A stretch of DNA of 64,000 nt from Balanoglossus misakiensis (Eukaryota > Animalia > Hemichordata): NCBI GenBank assembly GCA_040954595.2, contig CM082597.2, forward strand, positions 7,465,849 to 7,529,848. Direction: 5' to 3'. The position numbers were made by a program, and so were the translations under genes. This document shows positions 37,563 to 51,900 of this stretch, one piece after another. The notes below the pieces were generated by a model. That model was not told the DNA's origin and ran no database searches. It saw only the letters and a list, made by a program, of their open reading frames with translations. The stretch's first letter is position 1; each line of letters begins with the position of its first letter.

Positions 37563-37950
37563 CTGATAGAAACAAAATATGTAAACATTTTCTTAATCTC
37601 TTAATATGTATTTAATAATACACAAAATACACACACAAACATGTTTGTGGCTAGTCTTCTCAAAGTGTCATTCAGCAACACAAATCTTTCAAATCAAAGT
37701 TTTATTGATACAAATTACTAACTGCATTTCTGATCATTGTCAGCAATGCAGGTAAAGTTATATCTTACTTAAATTTATGGAATTCAGCGGTAGTAAGCCA
37801 ATCAAAAGGTAAATAAAGATAAAACATTACTGCTATTTAACCCTAAGTTCTTACAAATGCTGGCAAACTGACCGGTCCAGTATGTTGATAGAAATGAATT
37901 TGTGAAACGTGTGATGCATTTATCAAAATTGTGCAGATGTAAATACTCAC

Positions 37951-38571
37951 CATGAAGTATGTGTTTGACAGTCTCAAACTCCTTTTCATCTATCTTCATT
38001 CTGATTCTAACAACATATCCAGCTTTCTCTGCTAGGGATCTCATCTCCGATGTTATTAAGATATCACCCAGCATTTCATCAACTTCTCCAGTGTTGTATT
38101 TCTGCCAGAAATAATCACTGTCTTCCTCAGAAAGGAAGCTAAGTAAGAACCACAAAGAGCTTTGGACAACTCCATCTATTCTTGCTTTGTATTTCTCAAA
38201 GGCTTCATCTAACTGTTCTATCATATCCGGATCATCTCTGTCCATGATTTTCTTTATCTGAAGTTCATAAAGTACTGTTATATGATCTATCAACACCTGT
38301 TTCTGCTTCATTTTCTCCCTTTCAAGTTCCACTTTCTCCCTTTCAAGCTCCATTGTTTGGTTTTCTTTCTTCCTTTCCACCTTCATCTTTTCAAGCTTAA
38401 TCCTTTTGTGTTCTGTTTCATGCTCCATCCTTTTCTGTTCCGTTTCAAGCTCCATCCTTTTTTGTTCTGTTTCAAGCTCCATTTTCTTGTGTTCTGTTTC
38501 CACTCTCATCTTTTCCATCTCCATCTTCATCTTTTTTTCTTCAAATTCCAGATTTACTTCACACTTAACAG
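37951..38571 (-). CDS. Gene A exon: heptad coiled coil (METEQKR-like) plus TRADD-N-like domain
   Basis: SSLWFLLSFLSEEDSDYFWQKYNTGEVDEMLGDILIT resembles the TRADD-N strand-helix pattern (LxLxF...FxxxYxxGxLxxxL). The exon is 621 nt and phase 1-1. Confidence 0.65.
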
Positions 38572-40523
38572 CTATGGGTTGAATAAACAATGAATCAGAA
38601 ATAATTGCCAGTTGGATGATGATTTTTGCTGCCAGACAATCGTGGCCAAAATGAATTGATCAAGATTATTCTGCTACATCAAATTATATTTTATCTCCCA
38701 AATGAGTAATATAATTTCATCCTACTGAAAAAAGCGAGGTGCTATCAATAGAGGAATCATACAGTGTCAGTTAATGTTCATGTCAAAGCTAAGATATTTT
38801 CGTATGACATATCTTAAGTATAGGTGACACCAACTAACACTGTGGTTTAAAGACCATTTCACTAAATCACCCGTCAGTTTTGATATTTGGGGTAAATGTC
38901 CAGGGGGTGACTGTCCTAGAAACTTGGGTGTTCAGGAAAAGTGAACACACTGCAGGAAACATAACTTACTTGGCATCAATGGCCTTTTCCGTTGTATCAT
39001 TTTTGATTTATGAGTTTCACTTGTTGGTTTCTCATCTGAAACAATGGCAGACACTGGACTTCCTGCGAGGAGAAAGGTTTTTTTTTTTAAAGTTAGTTCA
39101 GAAAAGTGCAGTACCCTTTCACTTTTTTCACAAGTCACATCGGCATGCAGCTAAAGCTTGACATATAAATTGTTGTATATACCAATAAGTATGAGTTTCA
39201 TGAAATGATGACACTCATGTCTCAATTAATTTCTCCTGTTTCAATCTCAGCGAAATTATCTGTGCAAGTTACAAATTGGTTGTTTCAACACAGAGAGTTT
39301 ATTAAGAAACATTCAATACACAAAACAGAAACTCAAAAAGTAAAAAAGCCAATGTTATTTCCCTTTTTTAATGATAAAAATGTGTCAAAGTATAAGTTTT
39401 TAAACAACTGGTCCAATCAAAGTACTTACCAAGGTTTTGTGGCTTGGGTGAGAGTGACTGGGAAGAACAGGCATATTCAAAACCTCCTACACCTTCATCA
39501 GTTAAAGGACTCCTTACACAATGGGCTGGTGATTTAGGACTTACCATTATCACTAGGAAACAGAAAAATAAAGTTTAATGACTAACAGTTGCATTAAAAA
39601 TCTCTTAACATAATTTCCGGTAATAAAAATATGAAATTACATTATTTAACAAAACATATGTTTCTGTACCCATGTTTTTTAATCTTCAGGAGCCTGCAAC
39701 TTATCAAATAAAGTGTTCTTACCTAGGTTTTCTGGTTTGGGTGAGAGTGACTGGGAAGGCTGGCCATCTTCAAAAGTTGCAACACCTTCATGGGTTGAAG
39801 GAGTCTTTCCACTCTGCAATTGTGATTGAGGAGTTGGAACTAGAAGAAGAATTAGGAAAAGATTTTAAGGACAAAATTCCCATTAAGAAGTCTTGTGATC
39901 AGATGAATGAGGTACATTGTAAAGTCAAACCTGTGTATAGTGGAGGGACTTTCCTTAACTTTATTTGATGTCAGTCTGGACTGTAAGTCACCTGTCAATA
40001 TTATAGGTTGATAGCTTCTTTGATAATAAAAGTCAAGTGAAAAGTTAAAGCTTAAACCCTACTTACCCAGGTTTTCTGGTTTGGGTGAGAGTGACTGGGA
40101 AGGCTGGCCATCTTCAAAAGTTGCAACACCTTCATGGGTTGAAGGAGTCTTTCCACTCTGAACTGGTGATTGAGGTGTTGGAACTGGTAGAAAAAAGCAC
40201 AAAAATCAAATGACTAAAAATTTAAAACTTACACCTGTATTAATTACAAATGCTTCACTGTCACAAAATAATCATTAACTGTTATTTTATAAAATATTTC
40301 TTCCAAAAAAGAGCTACAGAAAAGTTACTTCATCATTTTTGAACTTTGCTTTTATTTTGCTGAAAACGTACAGGATGATGTGTTGCTTGTTAAAATCATC
40401 TGAAGTGAAATTTTCAATTCAAAAATATACATTCATCAGGTTACATACTGCCCTTTCAGTCTAACTATCTGAGACTACACCCTTTTGTTTTGGGATTGTG
40501 TGTGGAAAAGGAAATAGACTTAC

Positions 40524-41732
40524 TTTGTGCAGGCTGTGTACTCTGAACTTCTTTGAAACAAGCTCTGAACTTTTCATGACTGTCAGAAATCTCTGTGTGA
40601 TTGAGATACATATTCTTCAAACGTGTCGCCGTGGGTATTGCATGTGTTGCTGTCAACATCTTATTGATCTGTTTTGATAAATCCCCATCTACAGAAGGGT
40701 CATACAGGAAATACTTTGCTTCATGGTCAAAGCATGTGTTCATAAATGCTGCTAAGGCAGTTCTTTTTGCAACTAACACAGGTAGTCCTGCAGCAATGGA
40801 TCGTAATCCCTCCATCCTGAATGGCTCACCAGGTGGTATAATACAGACATTACTCTGAAGTAAATGTCTGTAAATCTCATCTTGAGAGCCGTATGAGGGA
40901 TAAATGTTTGGTTCTATATAGGGGCAATTTAAGTTGTCTGTAAGAAAATTCTTTGTGTTAGCCACATCAGCTTCTGGGGGAGTACGTACACACCACAATG
41001 GAACCGTCATTTGCATCTGGTCGAATGTACCAGCTGTTTTTCCAACTTCAGCAGCAAGTGTTTTATATCGTGGGGATTCCACAGCTGTATCAGTTATCAC
41101 AGTCAGGATTTGTTTCAAGTCACTTGTTTTTACTATTTGTTCCACATTGACCTCAAAGAATTCTTTCTCTGGTCTTGGAAGATACAATTCATGTCTTACA
41201 GGAACTTCGGTTGTTTGGTAGAGTTTCTTGTAATGTTCAAAGACATCTGGTCCAACAGAAAAAACTGCAGATGCCTCCTCAGCAAATCTGATGTGTTTGC
41301 CTTGTACTTCAGCTGATGGGATGGTGTGATTGATGAGGATAATCTTAGCATCTATGAAATATCGTTTCCTCAAAACATTTGCAAACAGGAGCTTTGCTGA
41401 AGGCTTAACGTGATCCACAATGTATTCTACGTTTTGCAGCTCTGTGAGGGTCGTAAAGTAAGTCTCTGGTGCAAGAATCCATTTTGGAACTGGTTCATCT
41501 TTTCCAAAGGCATCCTGGAGTTCGTCTCTCAAACTTGGAAGTATTAACTCAACTCCACAATCAGCTGCATCTTTCCTTTCTGCATCACTTGCCTCCAAAA
41601 CAACACAACATGTTTTACGCTGTCTGTCTTCGGCTACACTGCTTGCAAGTTGACAGTTGAGGGCAGATACAGTGTCCTTCACACGATTCCACTTTTCAGC
41701 CAGGAATATGATGGTCTTTTTGAGGTCCTTAT
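40524..41732 (-). CDS. Gene A exon: GT-B/GT4-like glycosyltransferase domain
   Basis: Motifs KWNRVKDTVSALNCQLA, IILINH, VFSVGP and EPFRMEGLRSIAAGLPVLV (compare GT4 EPFGLVxLEAxAxGLPV). The exon is 1209 nt and phase 1-1. Confidence 0.78.
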
Positions 41733-42266
41733 CTGAAAAAAGAACACACAAGATGTGTTTATTGATTTGCAATTTGCAAACCTATTTGTGAAGAAATCGC
41801 ACACTAACACAGCAATATGACAGAAGTAGATTTTGTTACGGAAAAACAAAATATTTGTCAATGATCATTTTTTTTTTCAAATAAAGCATAGATTTGGTAA
41901 TGAGAATTTCATTTCCACAAATTCACATCAAAAGTTCCAAATGCAATTATGATGCAAATACCAAGATGATTCATGCAGCAGTTATTACAATAGGATCAAC
42001 ATTTTTGTCAAAGATACAGGACACCTTTGAGTACTTTCTATCAAATTCACCCATGGTAGGGATCCCTCTACGTCAATTGACATGCAACTGACTCAACAAA
42101 GACATTGGTGATGCTAGACAATTCTCCATATCACTTATGATGATTATGAATATAATAGTGCCGGTACATGCAGCTGTCAATACTTGCACCTGGGAATCAC
42201 ATATTATTTAATGGCCATCATTGATTGGTTGAAGTGCTCCAGTATATTTTTATAAAAAAATCTTAC

Positions 42267-42485
42267 CTTTCTCATTAGTGTCCTTCCCTACTGAATCAGG
42301 TTGTTGCCTAGGTGATAGTGACTGCAGTCTTGCCATCAAGGGATACTGTACACGACGTAAATCATGTCTGTCTATGTGGTGTTGTACACTTGTGGTTTCA
42401 CCTTCTGGATCTTTCATCTTTGTCGTCATCTCTATCTGTGTTGCAGCTGAACTAACTGCACTGCTAGCAGCAACATCAACGACGT
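42267..42485 (-). CDS. Gene A linker exon (73 codons)
   Basis: Acceptor ttttttcag and donor G|gtaaga. The frame DVVDVAASS...KDTNEK is open, and its ending QSLSPRQ resembles the 117-bp linker exons. Confidence 0.65.
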
Positions 42486-42572
42486 CTGAAAAAACTGAAG
42501 TATGTGAAAAATATACATGGATGGGTGAATTAATTGCGTTTGTGTGTTACTCCTTTAAAAATTATTATTTAA

Positions 42573-42919
42573 AGGGACAAAGTCCCTCTCTCACTGCCCC
42601 TTTTTCCATTAATTATGTTTGATACAAGACACTGTTTATGTTATTCTACATGCGGATATATAGTGAATCCAAATTCGACCACACACACTTTCCGTCCCAG
42701 TTGTAGACATGAGAGTGAAAAACTCGCCAAAATGAATCAGTCTACCATTTATTCATTTTGGCAAGATTTTTACTAGAGCTCATATTCTACAAGCTGGATG
42801 GAAGTTGTGTGTGGTTGAACATTGATTCACTATATATCCACATGTAGAATAACAGAAATGGTGTCTTGTATCAAACATAATTAATGTAAAAAAGGCAGCA
42901 AGAGAGAGACTTTGTCCCT
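42573..42919. mobile_element. Foldback MITE with TTAA target duplication (Kolobok-like)
   Basis: ttaa|agggacaaagtc...gactttgtccct|ttaa. Almost the whole element is an inverted repeat. Confidence 0.82.
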
Positions 42920-43286
42920 TTAATAATTAAATACTCTGATAATCACTCCAAGTGTTTGATATACCAGACTACCTCTACCTTTGGCAATTTAGGTTTCAAT
43001 TGAGAGCATTTAAAACCTTATGTAGGAAATATGGTCATGACAACAGCATCTAACCATGACCTTTTGAATATATTGTGCATGGCACTTTTTCAAGGGTCAG
43101 ATGACCTCAAAATGTCATGTGTTTCAGCCACTTTAACCATCTTAGATAAAAAAAAAATCCTATCATTTCATCTCTTTCAAAATCATAATTATTTAATTGT
43201 GGTTGAACATTTAGGGTGATTACAGTACGGTATTTGTCTAATACAAATGTACAAATGTATATTTGAAATGCTGCAAGTATACTTAC

Positions 43287-44467
43287 CATGAGATTCTATG
43301 GTGGATACTTGAGTCTTGGAATGAGTGGCTGTCACTGCTGGAATCTTTGGACGAGTTGATGTCATTGGCTGCACTTCTCCGGTGGGACTTGGATGCTGTG
43401 AGGGAGATGGTAACTGTGGTCCTCCTGAGGTCCTCTCAGTTGGGAATTTTGGCAAACTTTCTCCACTTCTGTTACTTATCTGTTTCTGGCTATCAGCCTT
43501 CATCCTAGACTCAACTTCTCTTGTCACTTCCTCATATGGATAGTCTATGTCAAACTTTTTCTCATATCGAACTTCTACATGCTTCGCTAATCCAAAAAGT
43601 TTAGCAGTTTTCAACAGCTCAACAAGTGTCTCAGGTTTGTCCCTTGATAAATGTCCATAATCACATAATTTTTTAAACAAACCATACGGACGATCGTTTT
43701 TCATAATTTCTTCTGATACACTTTCAGGGATTGATGGATTATCAACAGCATCCAGAGCTTCTACCAATCTACTCAGGCTATCTGTAAAAAAAAAGACAAG
43801 AGAATATCATTTTATCCAAGTAGCAAAATTAACATTTTGAAACCTAGACATCCCATTGCATCATTGGAGAGTCAAGTTCAAAAGGTCAAATGAGAACTGG
43901 TTTGTAGTTGTCACTGTCGGTAATTCAGCTTTGAGAAAGACATAATCTCTGACACGTACAATAATTGTTGGTGATTAAACATACAAGCTACTTTTAAATT
44001 AACTTGACTGGCAGCTATAAATAATAATTGATCATAGCCTAAAACAGATTGGCATTCAGGAATTTTCTGGTCTCAGAGTACCTGCTCTAAAGATGCAAAA
44101 GTCATAATAACAATTATAGCTGTTTGAGAGCCATGTTGGATAAAACATGTAAATGGGGCCATAAATATAATGATGTGTACTGGAACAATGTAGATATATA
44201 CTGTAAGTGTAATCTTGTGCTGTATAAATTTGTGTGTGAAATTAATTAATAGACATCAAATATTTGAGTCTGCACACACAGTGATTGTAGGAATCACAAA
44301 ATCTCTATGCAGGTGAAGAGAACACTTGTACAGAATTCTGAAAGCAACGCAAAGTTTTACACACCTTGGGTTATGTTTTGTGCCAGATGAAGAAGATAAA
44401 CCCTGAACGGATCAAGATTTGACTTTGTAGGTGTTCTTTGACAATGGTCTGCTTGCCAAGATGCCAT
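43287..44467 (-). CDS. Gene A first two coding exons (44467-44365, 43781-43287): death effector domain plus Pro/Ser linker
   Basis: The spliced peptide is MASW...LDPFRVYLLHLAQNITQDSLSRLVEAL...PYGLFKKLCDYGHLSRDKPETLVELLKTAKLFGLAKHV. This follows the FADD-like DED pattern (DPFxxLL...LFxxL...L....LxELL...LxxxV). Confidence 0.75.
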
Positions 44468-47400
44468 TTCAACACCGATTCTTTAGAATATGTCTGCTCA
44501 AATAATATCTGCAGCACCTGTTAAAAGTAATGTCATGATGAGTATGGCTATACATTTGGCATTATTGGTGATTGACTTGTGTCTGAAGGAGCAAAATGAA
44601 AATTTCAAATTTAGATTAATAATTTAATCTCTATGGTGTACATAACACATGGAGCACATCATTGATTACATTTTAGAACTGTTACCTGACCATAATGTGG
44701 CTGAGGACCAAATTAATATTTTGTCATTATTAACATCAAACCAAATTGTTTCAATGCACGTTAACAATTTCTTAATTATGGCAGCTCTACTTTACATTAT
44801 CAGGTAATAAAATTTTCTCATGGTTTATATTTGTTGATGCGACTACATGTTGACAAAACTTTTTATCAGGCCTTGACTTATACTAACAGCCCTGCTGTTC
44901 AATGGGAAAACACCAGTCCACTGAATCTGAGCAGGTCCATAGTCCAACCAATCCCAAGCTTGGCGAGCTATGTGGACTCTAAGAGACGCGGCCGAGATAC
45001 TGGCAATATATAACTATACCTATTATTCACAAGTGGGAGGGCTATGTACGAAATTAGTACAGAAGTGGTCTGAGAGCGACTGTAATGAGTTCAATCACAA
45101 ATTTCAGGTACTTTCCGATGTCATAATGATTCCAGCCTAGTCTGTGAATTTAGCTGAACATTCAGAAATACTAAGAACGATAATATTTCCCTTCTATCGC
45201 TACTTTTGTTTTTGTGATTCCTAATTTGCTACAAGGAAATAGCTACTGAAAATGCCACTTAAAGTGACCTCAGGTAACCTCTGAACACAAGTTGATTTAC
45301 CGTTTAAACCATTATTTTGCAGGAAAGCTGTTCAAAAATCCTATTCAAATGATTCCTCAAGCACTTATTTTCTGTATCTGTCAAGAATTATAGATCACAG
45401 TAGCAAGAAAACAATTACTTTCCGTTCTGGTAGAACTCTTCAAAATCCAGCCTCCAGCTTGCGCCCTATCACATCCCGCTTGCAGTCACATGAGTGTGTT
45501 AAACATTAACCAACAGACGCCCTCTACAGTATCTTCTCACGTTTCTGTTCTTCATGGTAATCTAGTGGCTTTATTACCCTTGGGATCAGCTTGATCTAGC
45601 CTAGACAGATGTTCCAACTCTATCTGTGCATAAAACCTGTTTGTGTGGACTGTAGGTAAGTGAAAGTTTTAACAGAAAAAATTCTAAGTCATCTTTTTGC
45701 TCAATCAATTGATGTGTATGTAATACACATCGTACGAAAGATTACTTCTGTGGTATCATGACGACATGAGGGCGCTAATCAGAACTGAACCTGGATTCAA
45801 TTTTGGGGATTATAGTGATTTGATTGGATGTACTAAATCCAAAATATTTTTGTTTTTTCAGATAAAATTGAAAACATTATAGATATGAGACAGGTTAATT
45901 TGTGGTCATTAAAATTTGGTCCAAAAGCAAGTATTTCAGATTTGAAGGACTGGTTGTGATTATGTGTCAAACCTGACCAGGTCAGTGGTTTTTGTAGACT
46001 GTGGCATCATCTCATGTATGGTGTGTTTTATATGTGGAAGTGTTTGTGTGGGGGTCAATATGGAGTGAGCTAGTTTGTAGAGAGCTGAGTTGGTAAATTA
46101 TCTGCAGTAAGTTGGATACTCTGCTCAAACTCCAGTGTACTGTGTTCGCTTTCATTCTAACAATTATTTCACACATTAAGGAACAAAGTCACTAACTTTT
46201 GACATTATTTTGGATATTTTAGATTCTTCTAATGGACTTTTTATGTTGTTCTACTCACTGAAACATGCACATTGACCTATTGTCAACAACTCACTTCACA
46301 ACCCATATACATTACACATGAATAATTCCATCATTTCATTTCTGGTCTGTACCAAAAATTATATTGCAGACATGTTATATTCATGTACAGGGTGTGAGTT
46401 TAATTGTAACAACTAGCCATTGAACATGTTTCAGAGAGTAGACATACATCACTAGCCCATCAAATGAAACTAAAATATCCAAAATCATTTCAAAAGTTAT
46501 CAACTTTTCCCCTTTACTCTAAGTTCTCATATAAAATAAACTAGTCAAATAATGTGATAATGATGAACATTTAATGCTGTATATAAAAATAAACAAAAAA
46601 ATCTTTAATAAGAAAACTAAAACAAAAATAAACAACACAATATAAAACTTAAGTACAAAATTTTAACATGCTTTCAACCGAGTCATAAAAATGATAAAGA
46701 ATTGAATGATGAAAATTTACTACTGTATGTAAAACTGGAAAAAAAATGTTCAATGATAAATCTAACAAAATTAAACAGCACATTTTAACTCATGATTGTC
46801 TAATTTATGTCATGCATAGAGGTTTAATATACAAATAATGTAATAATAATGAAATTGCTTGCTGTTTGTTATACTAAACTAAAATGTATTAAACTAAAAC
46901 AATAAATTCAATGATTCTGTACCACTCAACAAGTCATTATTAACAATGTACTCCCCACTGTAGACATGAAAAGTCAACTTCAATAAAATGAATCAAATTT
47001 TGACAAGATAACGATAAGGAAATGTAATATTTACAAAATATACAGGTAATAGTTTAAAAGTCAACCATTCATACACTTGAAATGTCTGGTTAATAAGTTC
47101 TGCCAATTTCAAGTCTTGATAAAAAAAATAAAATAAGAATAAAATGTATGTTAGCAGTTACATATGGATGATTGATGCCAACAGATCTCAAAAGCTCCTA
47201 CTGATATACAGATCACATAATTATTCTAATTGAGAGCTGATGAGAATTCTATGATCTTTGTAATGAGTTGTAAAAGTTCTATTTTCTGGTTCAGACACAA
47301 CCTGACTTTTTAACCGACCTTGACAATGAAAAGTGTTTTAATGAATGATTACTGTTTATTTCAGTCCTCCTGGCAACTTGACAAACCATTGGGGAAGTTA

Positions 47401-48944
47401 TTATTTATTGTTTAATATTCATAAGTTCTGTATCACAGCTTGTATAGAAAGGCCAAATAAAAAAATATATGTGCTGTTCCGATTACATGGTTTTCAAAAA
47501 TAGGGTAGGTTAATAGGTAGGGAATTATTTTTATTTTGCAATTTTTGTATAGTGTAGAAGAATGACGTCATAGTTCTTGCATGATTCTCACAATTTTCAT
47601 AAATTTTTAGGGGTCCAAGCCCACCGGGTTTGGGTGCGCCTTGGTATTGTTGGAATTTTTCTTCTTATTAGGGCCCTATTGATTTAGTTGGGGTTTTTCT
47701 TTCTTTATTCTCCTGTCAATTCTTCGGCCAACTAGATCTCTGAAACTACTGCAGGTACAGTTCTCAAACTTGCTACAGTGGTCAAGGTCAATGAGTAGAT
47801 GTACAGTGGCTCGTGAATATTTAATTAGACTTATGACCTGGTGGCCATATTGGATTTTCTGAAATGACTTCTACTCAAAAACTACAGGGCCATCCAAGTT
47901 CAAATTTGGTGTGACGTTAATAAGTAAATAAGGAAATAAGTTAAAAAGGAAAACACACAACAACAGGGTCATAGCTGACTGAAATGACAACAACCAGAAC
48001 AGATATCCTACACCAAATTTGGCCATTAAACAGCACCTCAAAACAATACCCAAACATACAGCCATTTTAAACTTCAAGGGCAGGCTGTGAGAGCAAGTGA
48101 ATAAAATGGCATGTGAAGATCATTACGGCAGTTGTCCCCAGGAAATAGGAGACAGAATATGTCATATGAAAATGATGCAAACAATACACGTCGATGTTTG
48201 GCATGTACAACTTAATGGGCATATTGTATATATCATGTCCTTGAACTCCAGTGATTTCACCTGCACTGTTTTTGTTATCGATGGCACCTGGATCAATTAT
48301 TTTACTGCATGGTCTTCCCCAGTCATTTTAACAGGTTTCCCCAAATTGGTACCGTGTGTCAATGCAGTCATATTGATTGAGAACACAAGTGTTACTGATC
48401 TGAAATCATTTACCACCAATCTTCCCCCAACCTTTGCAAAAACACTGACTTGGTTGGAAACATGGTCAGCGGTTGAACTACGGGAAAATGCACAATTGAG
48501 AGTCATAACTGACTGAAACAACAAAAACCAATATAGAAATCCTACCCTACAACATTGACTTTGAGATATGACCTGGGAAAACACATTCAAGTCAGAAATA
48601 CCCGCAACAGACCAGCATCACTCATTGTTCATGGACAATGCTCCAAAACTCACGGTACACTCATGGAAAAACTGTGACATTAACATGATCACTACCCTCA
48701 CTATCAAATCTTTACAAAGTCCATTGTGAAGACTTCATGGTAACCATATTCCGACTTTTATTTAGAAGTAGCCATTGGATCATCTGATCTTTTGGGGTTT
48801 TTGACTTTCACGACAAACAGATTTCAACTTGTATTGAGAAGCAACCAATAACTGATCTTGCTGTCTTTTCAGCCAATGACATTTTGTCCAAATTTCTACC
48901 CAAGGCTCAATAATTAAGGTACCGGTATATAGCCCACCCTTTTT

Positions 48945-51900
48945 TCAAAATTTGCTAGACGAGAGAACATCAGAATCTATACCAGATTCAGTAGACGTCT
49001 CGTCTGATAAATAAGGTAAGCCAGAAATTGCAGCACCTGTAGCTTTTCTATCAGACTTCAGCTTGCGACCTTCACGACGACCAGATTCTGACATGTATTT
49101 AGAAGTGGCAAATGGATCGTCTCCTTTTTTAAGCTGATGACATTTTTCATGTTCATCTTCCGAACTAAAAGTGGTATATGGCTCACTTAATTTTCCAGAG
49201 GAGAGAACATCAGCATCTACCCCAGATTCAGCAGAACTTTCCTCTGTAAAACAGGGTAAGTCAGATATTGTAGCACCTGCAGCTTTGGTATCATACTTCA
49301 TCTTGTGACTTTCACACAGACCAGATTCTTTTTTAAGCACATGACTTTTTTTATGTACAAATTCTGACTTCAAAGTGGTCCTTGGCTCATCCAGATTTTT
49401 AGAATTGCCAGATGAGACACCTGAACCAGCTTCTATACCAAAATCAATAGAAGTTCTTTTCCCTTTCCTTAAACTCTCTGCACCAACATCTCCAATATTA
49501 TTATGACTAAGATCCAGGTTCCACAGCCCAGTCATATTCTCCATCCCTTTTTTGAAACTCTTTGCACCAACATCTCCAATGTTATTATGACTAAGATTCA
49601 GGTGTCTCAGCCCAGTCATATTCCCCATCCCTTTACTTAACCTCTCTGCACCAACATCTCCAATGTTATTATGACTAAGATCCAGGTACAACAGCTCAGT
49701 CGTATTCTCCATCCCTTTACTTAAACTCTCTGCACCAACATCTCCAATGTTATTATGACTAAGATCCAGGTACCACAGCTTAGTCATATTTCCCATCCCT
49801 CTACTTAAACTCTCTGCACCAACATCTCCAGTGTTATTATGACTAAGATCCAGGTGTCTCAGCTCAGTTATATTCTCCATCCCTCTACTTAAACTCTCTG
49901 CACCAACATCTCCAGTGTTATTATGACTAAGATCCAGGTGTCTCAGCTCAGTTATATTCTCCATCCCTCTACTTAAACTCTTTGCACCAACATCTCCAAT
50001 GTTATTATGACTAAGATCCAGGTGTCTCAGCCCAGTCATATTCCACATCCCTTTACTTAAACTCTCTGCACCAACATCTCCTATGTTATTATGACTAAGA
50101 TCCAGCCGCCACAGCTCAGTCATATTCCCCATCCCTCTACTTAAACTCTCTGCACCAACATCTCCAATGTTATTATGACTAAGATCAAGGTGTCTCAGCC
50201 CAGTCATATTCCCCATCCCTCTACTTAAACTCTCTGCACCAACATCTCCAATGTTATTATGACTAAGATCCAGGTGTCTCAGCCAAGTCATGTTCCCCAT
50301 CTCTTTACTTAAACTCTCTGCACCAACATCTCCAATGTTATTATGACTAAGATCCAGGAGTCCTAGCCCAGTCATATTCCACATCCCTCTACTTAACCTC
50401 TCTGCGCCAACATCTCCAATGTTATTATGACTAAGATCCAGGTGTCCTAGCCCAGTCATATTCCACATCCCTTTACTTAACCTCTCTGCGCCAACATCTC
50501 CAATGTTATTATGACTAAGATCCATGTGTCTCAGCCAAGTCATATTCCTCATCCCTTTACTTAAACTCTCTCCACCAACATCTCCAATGTTATTATGACT
50601 AAGATCAAGGTGTCTCAGCCCAGTCATATTCCCCATCCCTCTACTTAAACTCTCTGCACCAACATCTCCAATGTTATTATGACTAAGATCCATGTGTCTC
50701 AGCCAAGTCATATTCCTCATCCCTTTACTTAAACTCTCTGCACCAACATCTCCAATGTTATTATGACTAAGATCCAGGTGTCTCAGCCCAGTCATATTCC
50801 ACATCCCTCTACTTAACCTCTCTTCGCCAACATCTCCAATGTTATTATGACTAAGATCCAGGTGTCCTAGCCCAGTCATATTCCACATCCCTCTACTTAA
50901 ACTCTCTGCACCAACATCTCCAATGTTATTATGACTAAGATCCAGGTGTCCTAGCCAAGTCATATTCCTCATCCCTTTACTTAAACTCTTTGCACCAACA
51001 TGTCCTATGTTATTATGACTAAGATCCAGCTGCCACAGCCCAGTCATATTCCCCATCCCTTTACTTAACCTCTCTGCGCCAACATCTCCAATGTTATTAT
51101 GACTAAGATCCAGGTGTCTCAGCCCAGTCATATTCCACATCCCTTTACTTAAACTCTCTGCACCAACATCTCCAATGTTATTATGACTAAGATCCATGTG
51201 TCCTAGCCCAGTCATATTCCACATCCCTCTACTTAAACTCTCTGCACCAACATCTCCAATGTTATTATGACTAAGATCCAGGTGTCTCAGCCAAGTCATA
51301 TTCCTCATCCCTTTACTTAAACTCTTTGCACCAACATCTCCAATGTTATTATGACTAAGATCCAGGTGTTCCAGCCGATGCATTTTCCCCATCCCTTTAC
51401 TTAAACTCCCTGCGCCAACATCTCCAATGTTATTATGACTAAGATCCAGGTGCCACAGCCCAGTCATATTCCCCATCCCTTTACTTAAACTCTTTGCACC
51501 AACATCTCCAATGTTATTATGACTAAGATCCAGGTGTTCCAGCTGAGTCATATTCTCCATCCCTCTACTTAAACTCTTTGCACCAACATGTCCTATGTTA
51601 TTATGACTAAGATCCAGGTGTCTCAGCCGATGCATTTTCCCCATCCCTTTACTTAAACTCTCTGCGCCAACATCTCCAATGTTATTATGACTAAGATCCA
51701 GGTGCCACAGCCCAGTCATATTCCCCATCCCTTTACTTAAACTCTTTGCACCAACATCTCCAATGTTATTATGACTAAGATCCAGGTGCCACAGCCCAGT
51801 CATATTCCCCATCCCTTTACTTAAACTCTTTGCACCAACATCTCCAATGTTATTATGACTAAGATCCAGGTGTCTCAGCCGATGCATTTTCCCCATCCCT

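Larger units (their letters stand above)
29487..41735. repeat. Segmental duplication unit A, paralogous to about 45450-60051
   Basis: Intergenic, intron and exon sequence is collinear with unit B. Similarity stops at the acceptor of the glycosyltransferase exon. Confidence 0.9.
33473..44467 (-). pseudogene. NLR-like gene A (DED-GT-linker-TRADD-N-like-HD1/WH/HD2-LRR), frameshifted in the last exon. Either a pseudogene or a ~1337-aa LRR-less product
   Basis: Predicted exons: 44467-44365, 43781-43287, 42485-42267, 41732-40524, 40183-40067, 39839-39723, 39552-39430, 39035-38970, 38571-37951, 37562-33473. All junctions are phase-1 GT-AG and in frame. A 31-bp deletion relative to copy B at 36665/36666 gives a stop at 36619. 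Confidence 0.75.

Noticed and set aside
33473-37575. ORFs 33473-36613 and 36619-37575 as two separate genes or a programmed frameshift
   Set aside because: Alignment to 48945-53849 shows one exon broken by a 31-bp deletion.
40465-41772. Stand-alone, possibly bacterial glycosyltransferase genes (also 58781-60088)
   Set aside because: Both are bounded by phase-compatible AG/GT sites giving identical 1209-nt exons, and the ORF-track starts lie in non-homologous intron sequence.
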